Positions 37,951 to 47,958 of a stretch of DNA of 64,000 bases are shown here, piece after piece. A program made the position numbers and the translations under genes. Origin of the DNA: Candidatus Latescibacterota bacterium (GTDB lineage: Bacteria; Latescibacterota; UBA2968; UBA8231); the NCBI GenBank assembly GCA_965223905.1, contig CBDCXV010000011.1:864001-928000 (forward strand), written 5' to 3'. The notes under the pieces were generated by a model. The model was not told where the DNA came from and searched no databases. It worked only from the letters and a program-made list of their open reading frames with translations. Position 1 is the first letter of the stretch. Every line of letters begins with the position of its first letter.

Positions 37951-38418
37951 TTAGTTGGGATGGGAAAGCTGGACCTGACGAGCAGCTTTTTGCCTTTTGG
38001 TTTTGGCCGCATCTTCGGTCTCCACGTCGATCTTCTCGATCCCCGCCTGGACGGCTATTTCCATCGCATCTATGACGAAGCCGTGGGGCGTCTTGGCATC
38101 GGCAGTGATGATCAGGGTGGCAGAGCCTGTGCGGCTCTTCTCTCCCCGCAGCAACCCGGCCAATTCCCCCATGCCCACCAGGCGACTGTTGACTTCGAGC
38201 TGCCCTTCGGCCGAGATTCTCAGATTCAGTTTTTTCTCCGGCTTGAGCTTGTCGTAGTTCGTCGCCTCCGGCAACTCGATTTTAAGCTGGGTGGCCTTGA
38301 CAAATACCGTGGTCACCATGAAGAATATGAGCAACAGAAACACCGCATCAATCAGCGATGTCAGGTTCAATTCGACCTGGTTGGCTTCTTCGCTCAGCGA
38401 CCTCCTACCTCGGGCCAT
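37951..38418 (-). CDS. exbD: ExbD/TolR-family protein
   Basis: LNLTSLIDAVFLLLIFFMV with the conserved TM Asp; ADAKTPHG. Confidence 0.9.
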   Translation of the reverse strand: MARGRRSLSEEANQVELNLTSLIDAVFLLLIFFMVTTVFVKATQLKIELPEATNYDKLKPEKKLNLRISAEGQLEVNSRLVGMGELAGLLRGEKSRTGSATLIITADAKTPHGFVIDAMEIAVQAGIEKIDVETEDAAKTKRQKAARQVQLSHPN

Positions 38419-38424
38419 AGCGCA

Positions 38425-38847
38425 TCATCCTTCCCCGCCTTTGGCAAAGGCAACTCCTTCAATGCCCTGGCCGCGGGCTATGTCAGCGACCTTTACTACC
38501 TCCTGGTGGGGCACCGTCCGATCCGCTTCCAAGATTATGTTCTTGGAATTGTCGGTCTTCATCACCTGGCGTATCTTTTCAGCCAGCCTCGCCCTTTCGG
38601 TGACCTCGCCGTTGACCTGGATTACCCCACCCGGCTCCATTACGATGTTCATGTCCTTGGTCGCCCTAGATTCACTGCTCCCGCTGCCGGGCAGGTCCAC
38701 GCTAAGCCCTTTGGGGTTGACAAAGGTGGTGGCCACCATGAAGAAGACCAGCAGGAGAAACATGCAGTTGATCAAAGACGTCAGATCCGGATTTACGTTG
38801 GTCTCGAAGCGGGCCTTGGTCCTCGAAGAGCGCCTTCTTCGCGCCAT
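38425..38847 (-). CDS. exbD: ExbD/TolR-family protein with Asn at the TM Asp position
   Basis: DLTSLINCMFLLLVFFMV; ADRTVPHQEVVKVAD. Confidence 0.85.
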   Translation of the reverse strand: MARRRRSSRTKARFETNVNPDLTSLINCMFLLLVFFMVATTFVNPKGLSVDLPGSGSSESRATKDMNIVMEPGGVIQVNGEVTERARLAEKIRQVMKTDNSKNIILEADRTVPHQEVVKVADIARGQGIEGVAFAKGGEG

Positions 38848-38872
38848 TTCGCTCTCCTACGCTTGTCGTTGC

Positions 38873-40051
38873 GGGTGTAGCCGCGTCTTTACGCAGCCAT
38901 CGTGTAGGGTTGAGAGGTAGTCTTTTTAAGGTACCAGTTCCAGAAGGCCTCCCATCGTTTCGATTGCACGTGGACTCGTAAGTTGAGAATCTGCTGTCCG
39001 CCTTCGCGCGTCCAGCGCATGCCGCTTCGTTTGAGTCGATGACCGACCAGGGTCTTGGCGGCCGCCTCTACGGGACCACTGGAGAGGATCAACTCCGAAG
39101 CGTGATAGCCAGCGTAGTCCATTTTATCCCGGTTGGTGCGGAAGTAGCCCAGTTCGGTGGTCGCCTGACGATGGCGTTGTGATCCTTTTGGGAGTTGGGC
39201 GGCGTGATAGAAGTCGAGGATGCGGGTGAAGCCGCTGAACACCCGGTGTTCCTCCACGGTGCGCCAGATCTCGCGCTTGCCGTCTGCCAACACCACCCGG
39301 TGCGCATAGCTACCCTGCTGCAAGGCTCGACCTGTCTGGCTCACCAGGCCCTTGACCAGGGTTTTCATCTTCGCCTCGGGCATGCGCGCGGCATAGCGCT
39401 CGTCGACGCGTTGGAGCTCTTCGCCCTCGGGGTCCAGGGGCGTCAGGTAGGTGGCGACCATGCCCACGCCCGCCTCTTTCCAGGCAGTAGATAGTAGATG
39501 CGCTTTCGGTATCGCGGTCCATCGGTCGTTTGGGCGGTCGTCCGCGCTTGGGCGCCGGTTCCCGCAGGGGCACGGTGACGCCGTCCCAACTGACCACCAG
39601 GGTGTCGCCCTCGACATCCAGCGGCGCCGTCTCTTGCAATGCCAGCTCGAGCTGCTCGGCGTGGTCTTCGGCATACTGCCCTACGGTAGTCAACAGGTGT
39701 TGAATGGCGGTGCGCGAGGGCGGCTCGGGCAGCAATTCACTCAAGCTGTCCTCGACATCGGCCGGGACCATGCCGGCGCCAAGAAACGCGGTCAGGCGCT
39801 CCAACTCCGGGACCATGAATCGCTTGACCATGGCGCAACGCTCGTCCATAGGCACGCGGCTGGGGCCGCCGCGATCGGGCTGATACAGCCGCGGCGGCAT
39901 CACGACCTTGCCCCACAGGGTCATCCACTCCTTGTCGACCACCTGCTTGAATCGATACACCTTACCGTGGTGTACGAAGCGGTTTCCAACGCTTGGCTCA
40001 AGCTTGGGGTCTCTCTTTATTAAAGAAATGCGTAAAATGGAGGCTACACCC
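38873..40051 (-). mobile_element. Decayed ISKra4-like (IS256/Mutator superfamily) insertion sequence, 1179 bp
   Basis: 23-bp imperfect TIRs (GGGTGTAGCC-N5-TTTACGCA) at 38873-38895 and 40029-40051; 8-bp TSD GTCGTTGC at 38865-38872 and 40052-40059. Confidence 0.9.
38889..39960 (-). pseudogene. ISKra4-like transposase, frameshifted and apparently 5'-truncated
   Basis: SWDGV, LADG, LDFYHA, SGPVEAAAK..RLKRSGMRW motifs. Frameshift caused by tandem AGTAGAT at 39486-39499. Confidence 0.85.
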
Positions 40052-40718
40052 GTCGTTGCTGACCGGACTGGAAACGCACTAGCAGGGTATTTGCAAAAGC
40101 GTGACAGTAGAGCTCAACACTCTTGAAGATCTTATCCGCCCGCCTCGACAAATAGCGGTGGAAGAAGATGGTCGGAATTGCCACGATCAGACCGCTGGCC
40201 GTGGTGATGAGGGCTTCCGAGATCCCACTGGCCACCGCCGCAGGGTCCCCGGCACCCGCCCGAGAAATGGCGTCAAAAGCCCGGATCATCCCCATAATGG
40301 TCCCCAGCAAACCCATCAGCGGCGCCAGCACCCCGATCGTTCCCAAGGCATTGAGCCCGCGTCCCAAGTAGTCGACGCCGGATTCTTCAGTAACCAAGAT
40401 CAACTCCTGTCGCATATCCTCGATATCCGTGCGGTTCTCCAGAATCAGGGTATCGTAGCGCTTGAGCAAAGTGGCAAAAATGTAATTGAGCACTCCACTG
40501 CCCTGTCTGAAATGATCCACCGCCCCTTCTTCTCCCTGGGCTTTCAACGTCTCTTCGGCCGCATTCAGCTCCTCTTCCCCTTTTTGTTCGTCGGGTACCC
40601 GGAACAATCCCCAGAGCCTGTCGATGATAATCCCTACAGCTATCAGCGAACAGAGAAACAAGGGCCACATCATGGGGCCTCCCTTAAAGAATGAATCCAC
40701 CAGAAAATTCTGTGCCAT
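40044..40718 (-). CDS. exbB: MotA/TolQ/ExbB proton-channel protein
   Basis: GGPMMWPL, APLMGLLGTIMGMI, GISEALITTASGLIVAIP. Confidence 0.92.
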   Translation of the reverse strand: MAQNFLVDSFFKGGPMMWPLFLCSLIAVGIIIDRLWGLFRVPDEQKGEEELNAAEETLKAQGEEGAVDHFRQGSGVLNYIFATLLKRYDTLILENRTDIEDMRQELILVTEESGVDYLGRGLNALGTIGVLAPLMGLLGTIMGMIRAFDAISRAGAGDPAAVASGISEALITTASGLIVAIPTIFFHRYLSRRADKIFKSVELYCHAFANTLLVRFQSGQQRRV

Positions 40719-40785
40719 GTAATCCCTCCTAGAGGCTAAAATTAATGCGAATCAACTAAGAGATAGAATTCAAATATAGGACTCC

Positions 40786-43700
40786 TTAGAGCCTGTTCTC
40801 CACGATCCAGTCGTGGTGCTGCTTGGCAAAGCTCACGACATCGACATTTTCGGGACTGTCTTTTCCCTTTTCCAGGATTTTCTGGTAGTTCTCTGCTGCC
40901 TCCGACCACCTCCGCATGATTTCGTAGGACAGTCCCAGGTTGCAATAGGCTGCCAGCTCGGTATAAGTCCCCGGGTACTTCTCAACGATCTTCTCGAAGC
41001 CGGCTATGGCTTTGTCGTACTCTTTCGCCTCAAAGAACTTCATCACCTCACCGTAATCCAAACTGGCCTGGATCTCCCTCAGTTCTGCCACCAGGGCTTC
41101 GGCCTTGGGAGCCTCTGGGGAATCGGGGTATTTTTCCACCAAACGATTATAGGCCTCCAGCGCTGGCTCATAGGAGCGGATATTGTAGTAGTAATCGCCA
41201 ACGGAAAACTGCGCCTTTGCTGCGAACTCGCTCTGGGAGTGATACTGCACCACATTTTTCATGGCTGTCACCCCCTCTTCCATCTTTTCCTGCTCAAAAT
41301 AAGCCCACGCCAAGGCGTACTGAGCCGATGCGCTGTAGGTCCCCTGCGGATACTGCCTCAGCGACTCCTCGTAGGCCTTGGCCGCCCGTTCAAAATCGCG
41401 CTCATTGTAGTAGTTCTCACCGATCAAAAACAGCACCTCTTCCTCGTAGATGGAATCGGGATAGCGCTGAGCGAGGACTTCGAAAGCTGCCGCCGCCTTT
41501 TTGAACCAAGTCAGTGCCTGGTAGCTGTGGGCCAGATAGTAGTGGCCGTGGATGCGATTGGGGTCCTGCGGAAACCGCTCGATGTAACCCTCGAAACCCT
41601 TGGCTGATACTTCGTAGTCTTCGGCGTTAAACAGGGCAAAGGAGCTGGAAAAAGCCAGATTGGCACTTTCGCCGGATTGGGGATACCTCTGCAGCCCGGT
41701 GGCAAAGATCGATGCCGCTTCCCGATACTGCTTTTCCTGCAGGAGGGAATTGCCGATGATGGAATAAGCCCGTTCCTTGCGGAAGTACCCGGCTTTGTCG
41801 TCGTCCTCAAATTTCAGGTCGAGCAATTTCTGGGCGTGGTGCATGGCCTGGGCAAAATCCTCCATATCGTAGTATAGTTCGGTCAGCAACATCTGAAAGG
41901 TAGCTGCTTCATGAGGATCGTCGCTGGCGGCGATGAGTTCCTCGTAGTAGCGGGTAGCTTCCTCCTGCAGGTCCAGGCGAATCATGGTGGCTCCCAGCGT
42001 GCGAAAGGCGCTATCCTTGAGGCGGGGCGCTGGATCGAGCTGCAACAATTCCTTCATATCCCTCAGGGTGGCCTCGTAGTTGACTCGAGCGCTAGCCGTA
42101 TCACCGGCCGCATCCTGCTGCTTGGCCACTTCGTAATAGGCGCTGCCGCGGGCCAGGAGTCCACTTTCGGCGATATCCGCCGGCGGCGACTTTTCGAGCG
42201 CCCAGTTGAATTCGCGGATCGATGCCTCGTAGTCGGCCTGAGCAAAATGCACTCTGGCTTTTATATAGTGAAACTGGCTCTGTAGTTCCTTTTCTTTTTT
42301 TTGTCCCAGAGCCTGGCGCAGGACGGCCTCGGCCTGGGCGTAATTTTGTTGGCCTATGTATAATTCGGCCAGGTCGACCTGTAACTGGGTCCACTGGTCA
42401 AAACCCGGTTCCACGGCTTCAAACGAGCCGATCGCCGCTTCTATATTCCCCAACCTCTTGTAAGTGAGCCCCAGCTCCATGTGGGCAACATTGCGCTGGT
42501 CCGAGTCGGGATACTGCTCCAGAAGGGACTGGTAGAGGATATTGGCTTCCTGGTAGTTGCCGATCCCGTACTCGATTCGGGCCACCTGCATCAGGGCAGA
42601 GGGTGCGGCCCCATGTTCCGGGTAGCGCTCCACCAGTTGCTGGTAAAAAGGCTTGGCCTCAGCATTCTGGTCTTTCAGTTGCAGCGAAAAAGCCATGCCG
42701 AAGAGCACATCTGGAACCAAGTCGTTGTCACTGTACTCGTCCAGTAACTGACGGTAGAGGGAAACGGCTTGGTCCAGCGCTGCAACCGATCCTGCGGGAT
42801 CCTGTTTGCGCACCTGCTGTCCGTAGGACTGGTAGGACTGGGCAATGCGGAACAGGGTCTTGTCGCGGGAGAATCCAATCCTGACCGCCACGTCACTATA
42901 GGCGTTGAGATAGATCCGATACTCCTCCGCCGCCTTATCGTACTTTTCTTCATCGTAGAGCAAACGGGCCACAGTGAGCTGGGTCCGGGCCTGGAAGAGC
43001 TTGTCGTCTTCGACCTTTTCAATAGCGTTCTTGTAGGCGGCAATAGCAGCCGCAGTACCGCGTTGCTGGTGGATTAGCTCGGCTCCGCGGATATAGGCGT
43101 TCTGCACCAGGACGGGCTCGGCCGCGTACTCCTCGATCACCACAGAATAGGCCGCGAGCGCCTTTTCTATCTCGCCCTTCCCGGCGTAGATATCCCCCTT
43201 CTTCAACTGCGCCTTGGCCACCAGCTCGCGGGTAGTCTCCTTGACCACCCCTTTGAGCTTGAGGGTGCTCATCTCGATGAGCTCCTCTTCAGACATCTGG
43301 GAGAAGTCATAGCGGGCGATCAGGCGATCGAGAAAATTCAGGGCCATGTCGTACTGATCGAGCCGCTCGTAGCAATCGGCGATCTGAAAGATGGACCGGT
43401 CTGCGCTCGACCCTCTGGGCGCCAGGGTCAGCACCTGCTCGAAGTTCTCGATGGCCACCGGGTAGCGCTCCAGCTCAAAGTAGGACCAGGCCATATCGTA
43501 GTAGACCGCGGTCTCGTACACGTTGTTGGGGAAATCGCGCAGCAGTTTTTTTCCTTCCTGAATGACCTGCAGGTAGTCCTTCAACTGGTAGTTGGTCGTC
43601 AATGTCTGGTACTGAGCCATCACCCGGGTGCGCTCTTCGATATTTTCGTCTTCGATGATCTGGTGGAAATACTCCAGGCTGTGGTTGAGATCCTCCAGGG

Positions 43701-44061
43701 CCTCCTCGTAGCGCTCCTGGGCTTCTCGTTCTCTCTTCTCTTTCTTCAAAAACTCGGACCGGCGCAGTTTTTCGAGCCCTAATTTGTTGTAGGTATTGCC
43801 CAACTGGTAGGTGGCCGCCACCCGCACGGGAGAAATGAACTCGTCGACATCTACGGTCACTTCCCCAACCTCGATCATGGCGTTGCTCTCGATGGAGAGG
43901 ATGGCCTCGTAGTGTTTGATAGCCTTCTCGTAATCGCCCAGGGCATAGAGTTTTTGGCCTTTGCCGAAATTATCTTGCAATTGCTCGGGCGAAAAAAAGC
44001 GAGTACTCAAGCCTATGGCCGTACCCATCGCCGCGATGATCAGCAGGTTCACGAACAGCAT
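40786..44061 (-). CDS. Giant exported TPR protein (BamD/CpoB-like repeats)
   Basis: N-terminal hydrophobic segment, then many repeats of the type YQSLLEQYPDS and LVEKYPDSPEAPKA; 1091 aa. Confidence 0.85.
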   Translation of the reverse strand: MLFVNLLIIAAMGTAIGLSTRFFSPEQLQDNFGKGQKLYALGDYEKAIKHYEAILSIESNAMIEVGEVTVDVDEFISPVRVAATYQLGNTYNKLGLEKLRRSEFLKKEKREREAQERYEEALEDLNHSLEYFHQIIEDENIEERTRVMAQYQTLTTNYQLKDYLQVIQEGKKLLRDFPNNVYETAVYYDMAWSYFELERYPVAIENFEQVLTLAPRGSSADRSIFQIADCYERLDQYDMALNFLDRLIARYDFSQMSEEELIEMSTLKLKGVVKETTRELVAKAQLKKGDIYAGKGEIEKALAAYSVVIEEYAAEPVLVQNAYIRGAELIHQQRGTAAAIAAYKNAIEKVEDDKLFQARTQLTVARLLYDEEKYDKAAEEYRIYLNAYSDVAVRIGFSRDKTLFRIAQSYQSYGQQVRKQDPAGSVAALDQAVSLYRQLLDEYSDNDLVPDVLFGMAFSLQLKDQNAEAKPFYQQLVERYPEHGAAPSALMQVARIEYGIGNYQEANILYQSLLEQYPDSDQRNVAHMELGLTYKRLGNIEAAIGSFEAVEPGFDQWTQLQVDLAELYIGQQNYAQAEAVLRQALGQKKEKELQSQFHYIKARVHFAQADYEASIREFNWALEKSPPADIAESGLLARGSAYYEVAKQQDAAGDTASARVNYEATLRDMKELLQLDPAPRLKDSAFRTLGATMIRLDLQEEATRYYEELIAASDDPHEAATFQMLLTELYYDMEDFAQAMHHAQKLLDLKFEDDDKAGYFRKERAYSIIGNSLLQEKQYREAASIFATGLQRYPQSGESANLAFSSSFALFNAEDYEVSAKGFEGYIERFPQDPNRIHGHYYLAHSYQALTWFKKAAAAFEVLAQRYPDSIYEEEVLFLIGENYYNERDFERAAKAYEESLRQYPQGTYSASAQYALAWAYFEQEKMEEGVTAMKNVVQYHSQSEFAAKAQFSVGDYYYNIRSYEPALEAYNRLVEKYPDSPEAPKAEALVAELREIQASLDYGEVMKFFEAKEYDKAIAGFEKIVEKYPGTYTELAAYCNLGLSYEIMRRWSEAAENYQKILEKGKDSPENVDVVSFAKQHHDWIVENRL

Positions 44062-44092
44062 TTTTTGGTCTCCGTCACCTGATGGGTGGTAC

Positions 44093-47002
44093 CTAGAACC
44101 CAGCTATGATATCGAAGAAGAGAGCGGACGTGTCGAAGTCGTCTCCAGATCGCGACTCGTCGTCGTATTCCCTTGAAACCGTTAAAACGCCGAACTGAGA
44201 GGCCAGGTTGTAGCCGTAGTGGTCGGATTGATTGCTCACCATAAGCACCAGGTTCCACTCTTTGTAACCCTCGAGTTTGTCCGCCCGGTCCAACTTGCGA
44301 TAACGCCAGAATGGAAAGCCTTGAAAACCCAGTTGCAGGTTTGTTCTGGACGTCAGGTCGTAGCGGGTCCGCACCAAGGGCGTGTAGATCGAAAAGGACT
44401 CTTTGCTGCCCTTGCCGGTCTCCTCTTTTAGCTGGTCGGAGTGCTCCCGCAACAAGAGATGTTTGAACATGGGACGGACGGTCAGATTGCCGGCCCGCAG
44501 GGTATAGTCCACCTTGTTCACCAGGGTTATATGCGACAGGATATTGTCCTCCTGGGCCGTCCCATCGCCAAAATCCTCTTTTTGCTGGCTGTTGCGGATC
44601 CACTTGATGCTGTTGATGAGATTGAGACCCGTTATCTTTTTGTAATGGGACTGGAGGAACAGGGTATTGACCACACTCTTTCTCATGGTCAGCGGATCCC
44701 GATCCGGTGGCAGGATCTGGGTATTGAGATCCCGCTGGTCCATGAATTTGCCCGTCAAATGGGGGACCGGACTTTCGATCCGCAAGGTTGGTCCCACATT
44801 CCTCCAGATGTAGACAGGGTCGGGGATGCTGTCCTCGACCCATTTGATATCGTCGTTGATGCGGATTTTCCCGAAGAGAGGAAGAACGCGGTTGTACTCG
44901 TAGCGCAGGTAGTTTGCATTGGCCTCACCGCCGCCGGCCGGACTCTTCATGCGGTACGCGCCCACCGAGATCCATTCGCCAATGCGGCCGAGCCCGTCCT
45001 TGAGGACAAGGGCGTGCCACCCCTTGCGATCCCGGCGGTAGGGGTAGTCCGGCAAGGCGTCGTTCTCGCGGAAATCCACCACCCCATTGTTGTTGAAGTC
45101 GAGGCCGTAGATAAATTCCGGGGGCTCGGCGTCGTAGAAGAGGATGGGCTCTTGCCAGTCGGGAAGGCCATTGATGTTCTGATCGCTGTCCGGTACCAGA
45201 TCCTGGTTTTCGTCGAGCCCCGGAAAAATACCCGAGTCCCTCCGCTCCTGACTGGGGTTTTCATTGGTGTCCTCATCGCGCCACTGATCGTTGTCGTCGT
45301 TGTCCGCCATGACGAACATCTCCTGCATCACGGGACAAATCTGGCAGTCGTCGGAAAAGAAGGGAATTCCCCCGCGGGTACTATCGTAGTTGCCGCTGAA
45401 GTCGGGGTCGAGCTCGAAGACTTCGGCGCCCAGAGCCACCGGTCCCAGAGCCTTTTTTGCCGTGAGGAAATAAGCCCATCTGCGCTTGGAAAAACGATCG
45501 CCGGCATTACTGCCCACAGGGAAAATGAAGTACTGCGGGTTGGTGGCGAATTCTCCCCTTATGGTCAGATCTTTCAGGGTGATTTCGCCGTCGAGCCCGT
45601 AGAGCTCCTGGCCGGTGGGAATGCCGTAATTGATTTCGACAACCGTTCTGGCGGCGTCATTGCCCTTGGAGCGCAAGACCGTATAATGGACGTTTGCCGG
45701 ATCATCCCCCTGGTCCCACTTGTACTGCAGGAACGGATTGGTGGTGCCGACGAGGGGATCGGGAGCCGTGGGCCAGCGCTTGAAAATGTCTTCCCCAGCT
45801 TCCCGGGCCTCGATCGGGCTTAGCAACGCCCCATCCCCCTGGAGACCGGTGAAGGGATTGACGTATCTACTATCTCCTGGAGAGTACTCTTTGTCCACGT
45901 TTTTTTCGTGGACTCCCTCGTCGAAAAAGAGGTGGTCTTGCTTCACGCTAATGCGGTAATCTCCAGCCACATCGACCCTGAAGCGGGTCGATGTAATGGT
46001 CAAACCCGCAAGGGACTCATCCGGGTCGCTGGCATAATTCCCGGCGGGGGGCAGGGCGTACCCGGGCATCCGGAACTCAAAGAGCACCCGCTCTCCCCGC
46101 CCTGCTGCTTGGCGTCCTCCACCGGCAACGGACCTTCCTACCACACTCGGTCTCAGGCTCGGATCGAAGTCCGGATCTCCTTCGATGCTGGTCAGGCGCA
46201 CAGGCTCCCCCATGCGCTCCCCGACGATGATGATGTCCACACCGTAAACCGTAGCCGGGGTGCTCTCCACCTCCGGTGAGTCGTCTTCGATGACCACGGT
46301 GATATAGGAGGGCGGCAGCATACTGTAGGGCGTGTCCCCCTTGATAAAAGACCCCTTCTCATTGAAGGTGTCCGCCATGTGCTGATTGAAATAGGTAGTT
46401 CCCAACCTCAGGACACTGCCCACCTTGGTCTCCCAGTGACCTCCGAATATCAGGACTGGGGACCGCTCTTTGGTGGACTGGAAGGTGGAGAACTTAGGGT
46501 TCCTCAACTGGGCACCCCCCTGACTCAGGAGCAGAGTGAACCTGTTGTCCGGAGAAGCCCCGTCGAACTGGATGCCGAAGAAACGGGGATCTTTGAAGGT
46601 CAGATCCGTGAACTTGCTGCGGATATCTTCTCCCAGGGTTACAGCGTAGTTCCAGCCGCGGTAGGAATCGGAGAGAATCATCAGGTTGTTGAACCACCCC
46701 AAGTACTGTGCGGTTCGGGAATTGATCTCACTGAATCCGGGACGCTCGAACTCCCAAGTGAATACCCTGTATCCCCGCACCAGAAAATTGCCCAGTCGAT
46801 CGTAGCGGTTGCGTGCCGAAACCACCGTAGGGTATGGATCGTACTCCTTGCGTCCATAGTTCAGGTACGGCTCGGGCTGGCCCAGATTGAGGAAATCCCG
46901 GCTGCGCAAAAAAGTCTGGGCTTCGCCATTCCCACTCAAGCCCCCCCAACACAGCAGAGCCGTAAGCAAGGCCAGTACCGGGGTTTTTTTCTCGCATTTC
47001 AT
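44093..47002 (-). CDS. Uncharacterised large exported protein, putative outer-membrane protein (paralogue B)
   Basis: Signal peptide ending GEA-Q; alternating beta-strand-like stretches; Dx[DN]x[DN] cluster; terminal LFFDIIAGF. Start chosen at MKCEKK. Confidence 0.7.
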   Translation of the reverse strand: MKCEKKTPVLALLTALLCWGGLSGNGEAQTFLRSRDFLNLGQPEPYLNYGRKEYDPYPTVVSARNRYDRLGNFLVRGYRVFTWEFERPGFSEINSRTAQYLGWFNNLMILSDSYRGWNYAVTLGEDIRSKFTDLTFKDPRFFGIQFDGASPDNRFTLLLSQGGAQLRNPKFSTFQSTKERSPVLIFGGHWETKVGSVLRLGTTYFNQHMADTFNEKGSFIKGDTPYSMLPPSYITVVIEDDSPEVESTPATVYGVDIIIVGERMGEPVRLTSIEGDPDFDPSLRPSVVGRSVAGGGRQAAGRGERVLFEFRMPGYALPPAGNYASDPDESLAGLTITSTRFRVDVAGDYRISVKQDHLFFDEGVHEKNVDKEYSPGDSRYVNPFTGLQGDGALLSPIEAREAGEDIFKRWPTAPDPLVGTTNPFLQYKWDQGDDPANVHYTVLRSKGNDAARTVVEINYGIPTGQELYGLDGEITLKDLTIRGEFATNPQYFIFPVGSNAGDRFSKRRWAYFLTAKKALGPVALGAEVFELDPDFSGNYDSTRGGIPFFSDDCQICPVMQEMFVMADNDDNDQWRDEDTNENPSQERRDSGIFPGLDENQDLVPDSDQNINGLPDWQEPILFYDAEPPEFIYGLDFNNNGVVDFRENDALPDYPYRRDRKGWHALVLKDGLGRIGEWISVGAYRMKSPAGGGEANANYLRYEYNRVLPLFGKIRINDDIKWVEDSIPDPVYIWRNVGPTLRIESPVPHLTGKFMDQRDLNTQILPPDRDPLTMRKSVVNTLFLQSHYKKITGLNLINSIKWIRNSQQKEDFGDGTAQEDNILSHITLVNKVDYTLRAGNLTVRPMFKHLLLREHSDQLKEETGKGSKESFSIYTPLVRTRYDLTSRTNLQLGFQGFPFWRYRKLDRADKLEGYKEWNLVLMVSNQSDHYGYNLASQFGVLTVSREYDDESRSGDDFDTSALFFDIIAGF

Positions 47003-47073
47003 AATCGACATCCTCACCATGTGCAGTCTGATTAAACCAACTTTTTCTAGTGCGGCAAAGCTCTCCCTGCGGA

Positions 47074-47958
47074 TCAATGGGCGCGGTATGCGAATCCTGA
47101 CTGGTGAATGCCCCCCAGCCCGGTCGAGTGCAGGGGATAAGTATAGGCGTAGTCAAAATACCACAGTTTCCACCTGAACCCCAGACCCAGATCCACTTCC
47201 TTGGCCTCCCGGTCTGAGGAGAGCAAACGGCCACCCAGCCGCAAGGCAACCCCGCGCGCCCGGGAAGAAAGGGGGGTCTCATAACCGGCCCGCACCTCGG
47301 TGCGCCCCCCGCGCCGTTCGATATCGACCAGGACCTGCCGTCGATCCAGATTGACGCTGGCAGCCAGGACCACCCCTCTCGGGGTTTTGCCCGCCGGATG
47401 TCCGCTGGCGGCGATATTGGCGCGGTTGATATTGGTCAACATTAACCCCAGGCGCATATAGACCAGACGGTGAATCCAGCCCACTTTGTAGATCCCTCCC
47501 AGATCCGCGCTCCAGGCCCGATTCGACAATCCGCTGGTTTTCCAGCCGCTGTAGCGCAGGCTACTGCCCAAGGCCAAGCGCTGGTGCAAGACCCTTCCAT
47601 ACCCCACAATCCCCACCTGTTCGCGCCAATCTTCAACCCCCAGGCTCGACCACCCCAGCTGCAGGCTTCCACCGCCCATCGGCAGCACTGCTCCCAGTAC
47701 ATTCAGGCTCGGGCTTTCGTCCAATCCGGAATAGAGCTGAGCGTGAGCCGTGCCCACCCGGTATTTCTGGGCCCAGGCATTGGCGGCTGGATTGAACCAG
47801 ATGGCCTCCGCATCCACCCCGGCAGTAAATGCCGCCCCCATGCCCGAACTCCGGGCTCCCCCACCGGTGATTTCGAAAGCCGGATACGCCGGCCAGGCCA
47901 GGGCCATCAGCAACCAGCTAATACGCCACAACCAGTGTACCTGTGCGGCTGGTAGCAT
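47074..47958 (-). CDS. PorV/PorQ-like (FadL-fold) outer-membrane barrel
   Basis: GARSSGMGAAFTA...AIWFNPA N-terminal motif; C-terminal FDYAYTYP..LGGIH. Confidence 0.7.
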   Translation of the reverse strand: MLPAAQVHWLWRISWLLMALAWPAYPAFEITGGGARSSGMGAAFTAGVDAEAIWFNPAANAWAQKYRVGTAHAQLYSGLDESPSLNVLGAVLPMGGGSLQLGWSSLGVEDWREQVGIVGYGRVLHQRLALGSSLRYSGWKTSGLSNRAWSADLGGIYKVGWIHRLVYMRLGLMLTNINRANIAASGHPAGKTPRGVVLAASVNLDRRQVLVDIERRGGRTEVRAGYETPLSSRARGVALRLGGRLLSSDREAKEVDLGLGFRWKLWYFDYAYTYPLHSTGLGGIHQSGFAYRAH

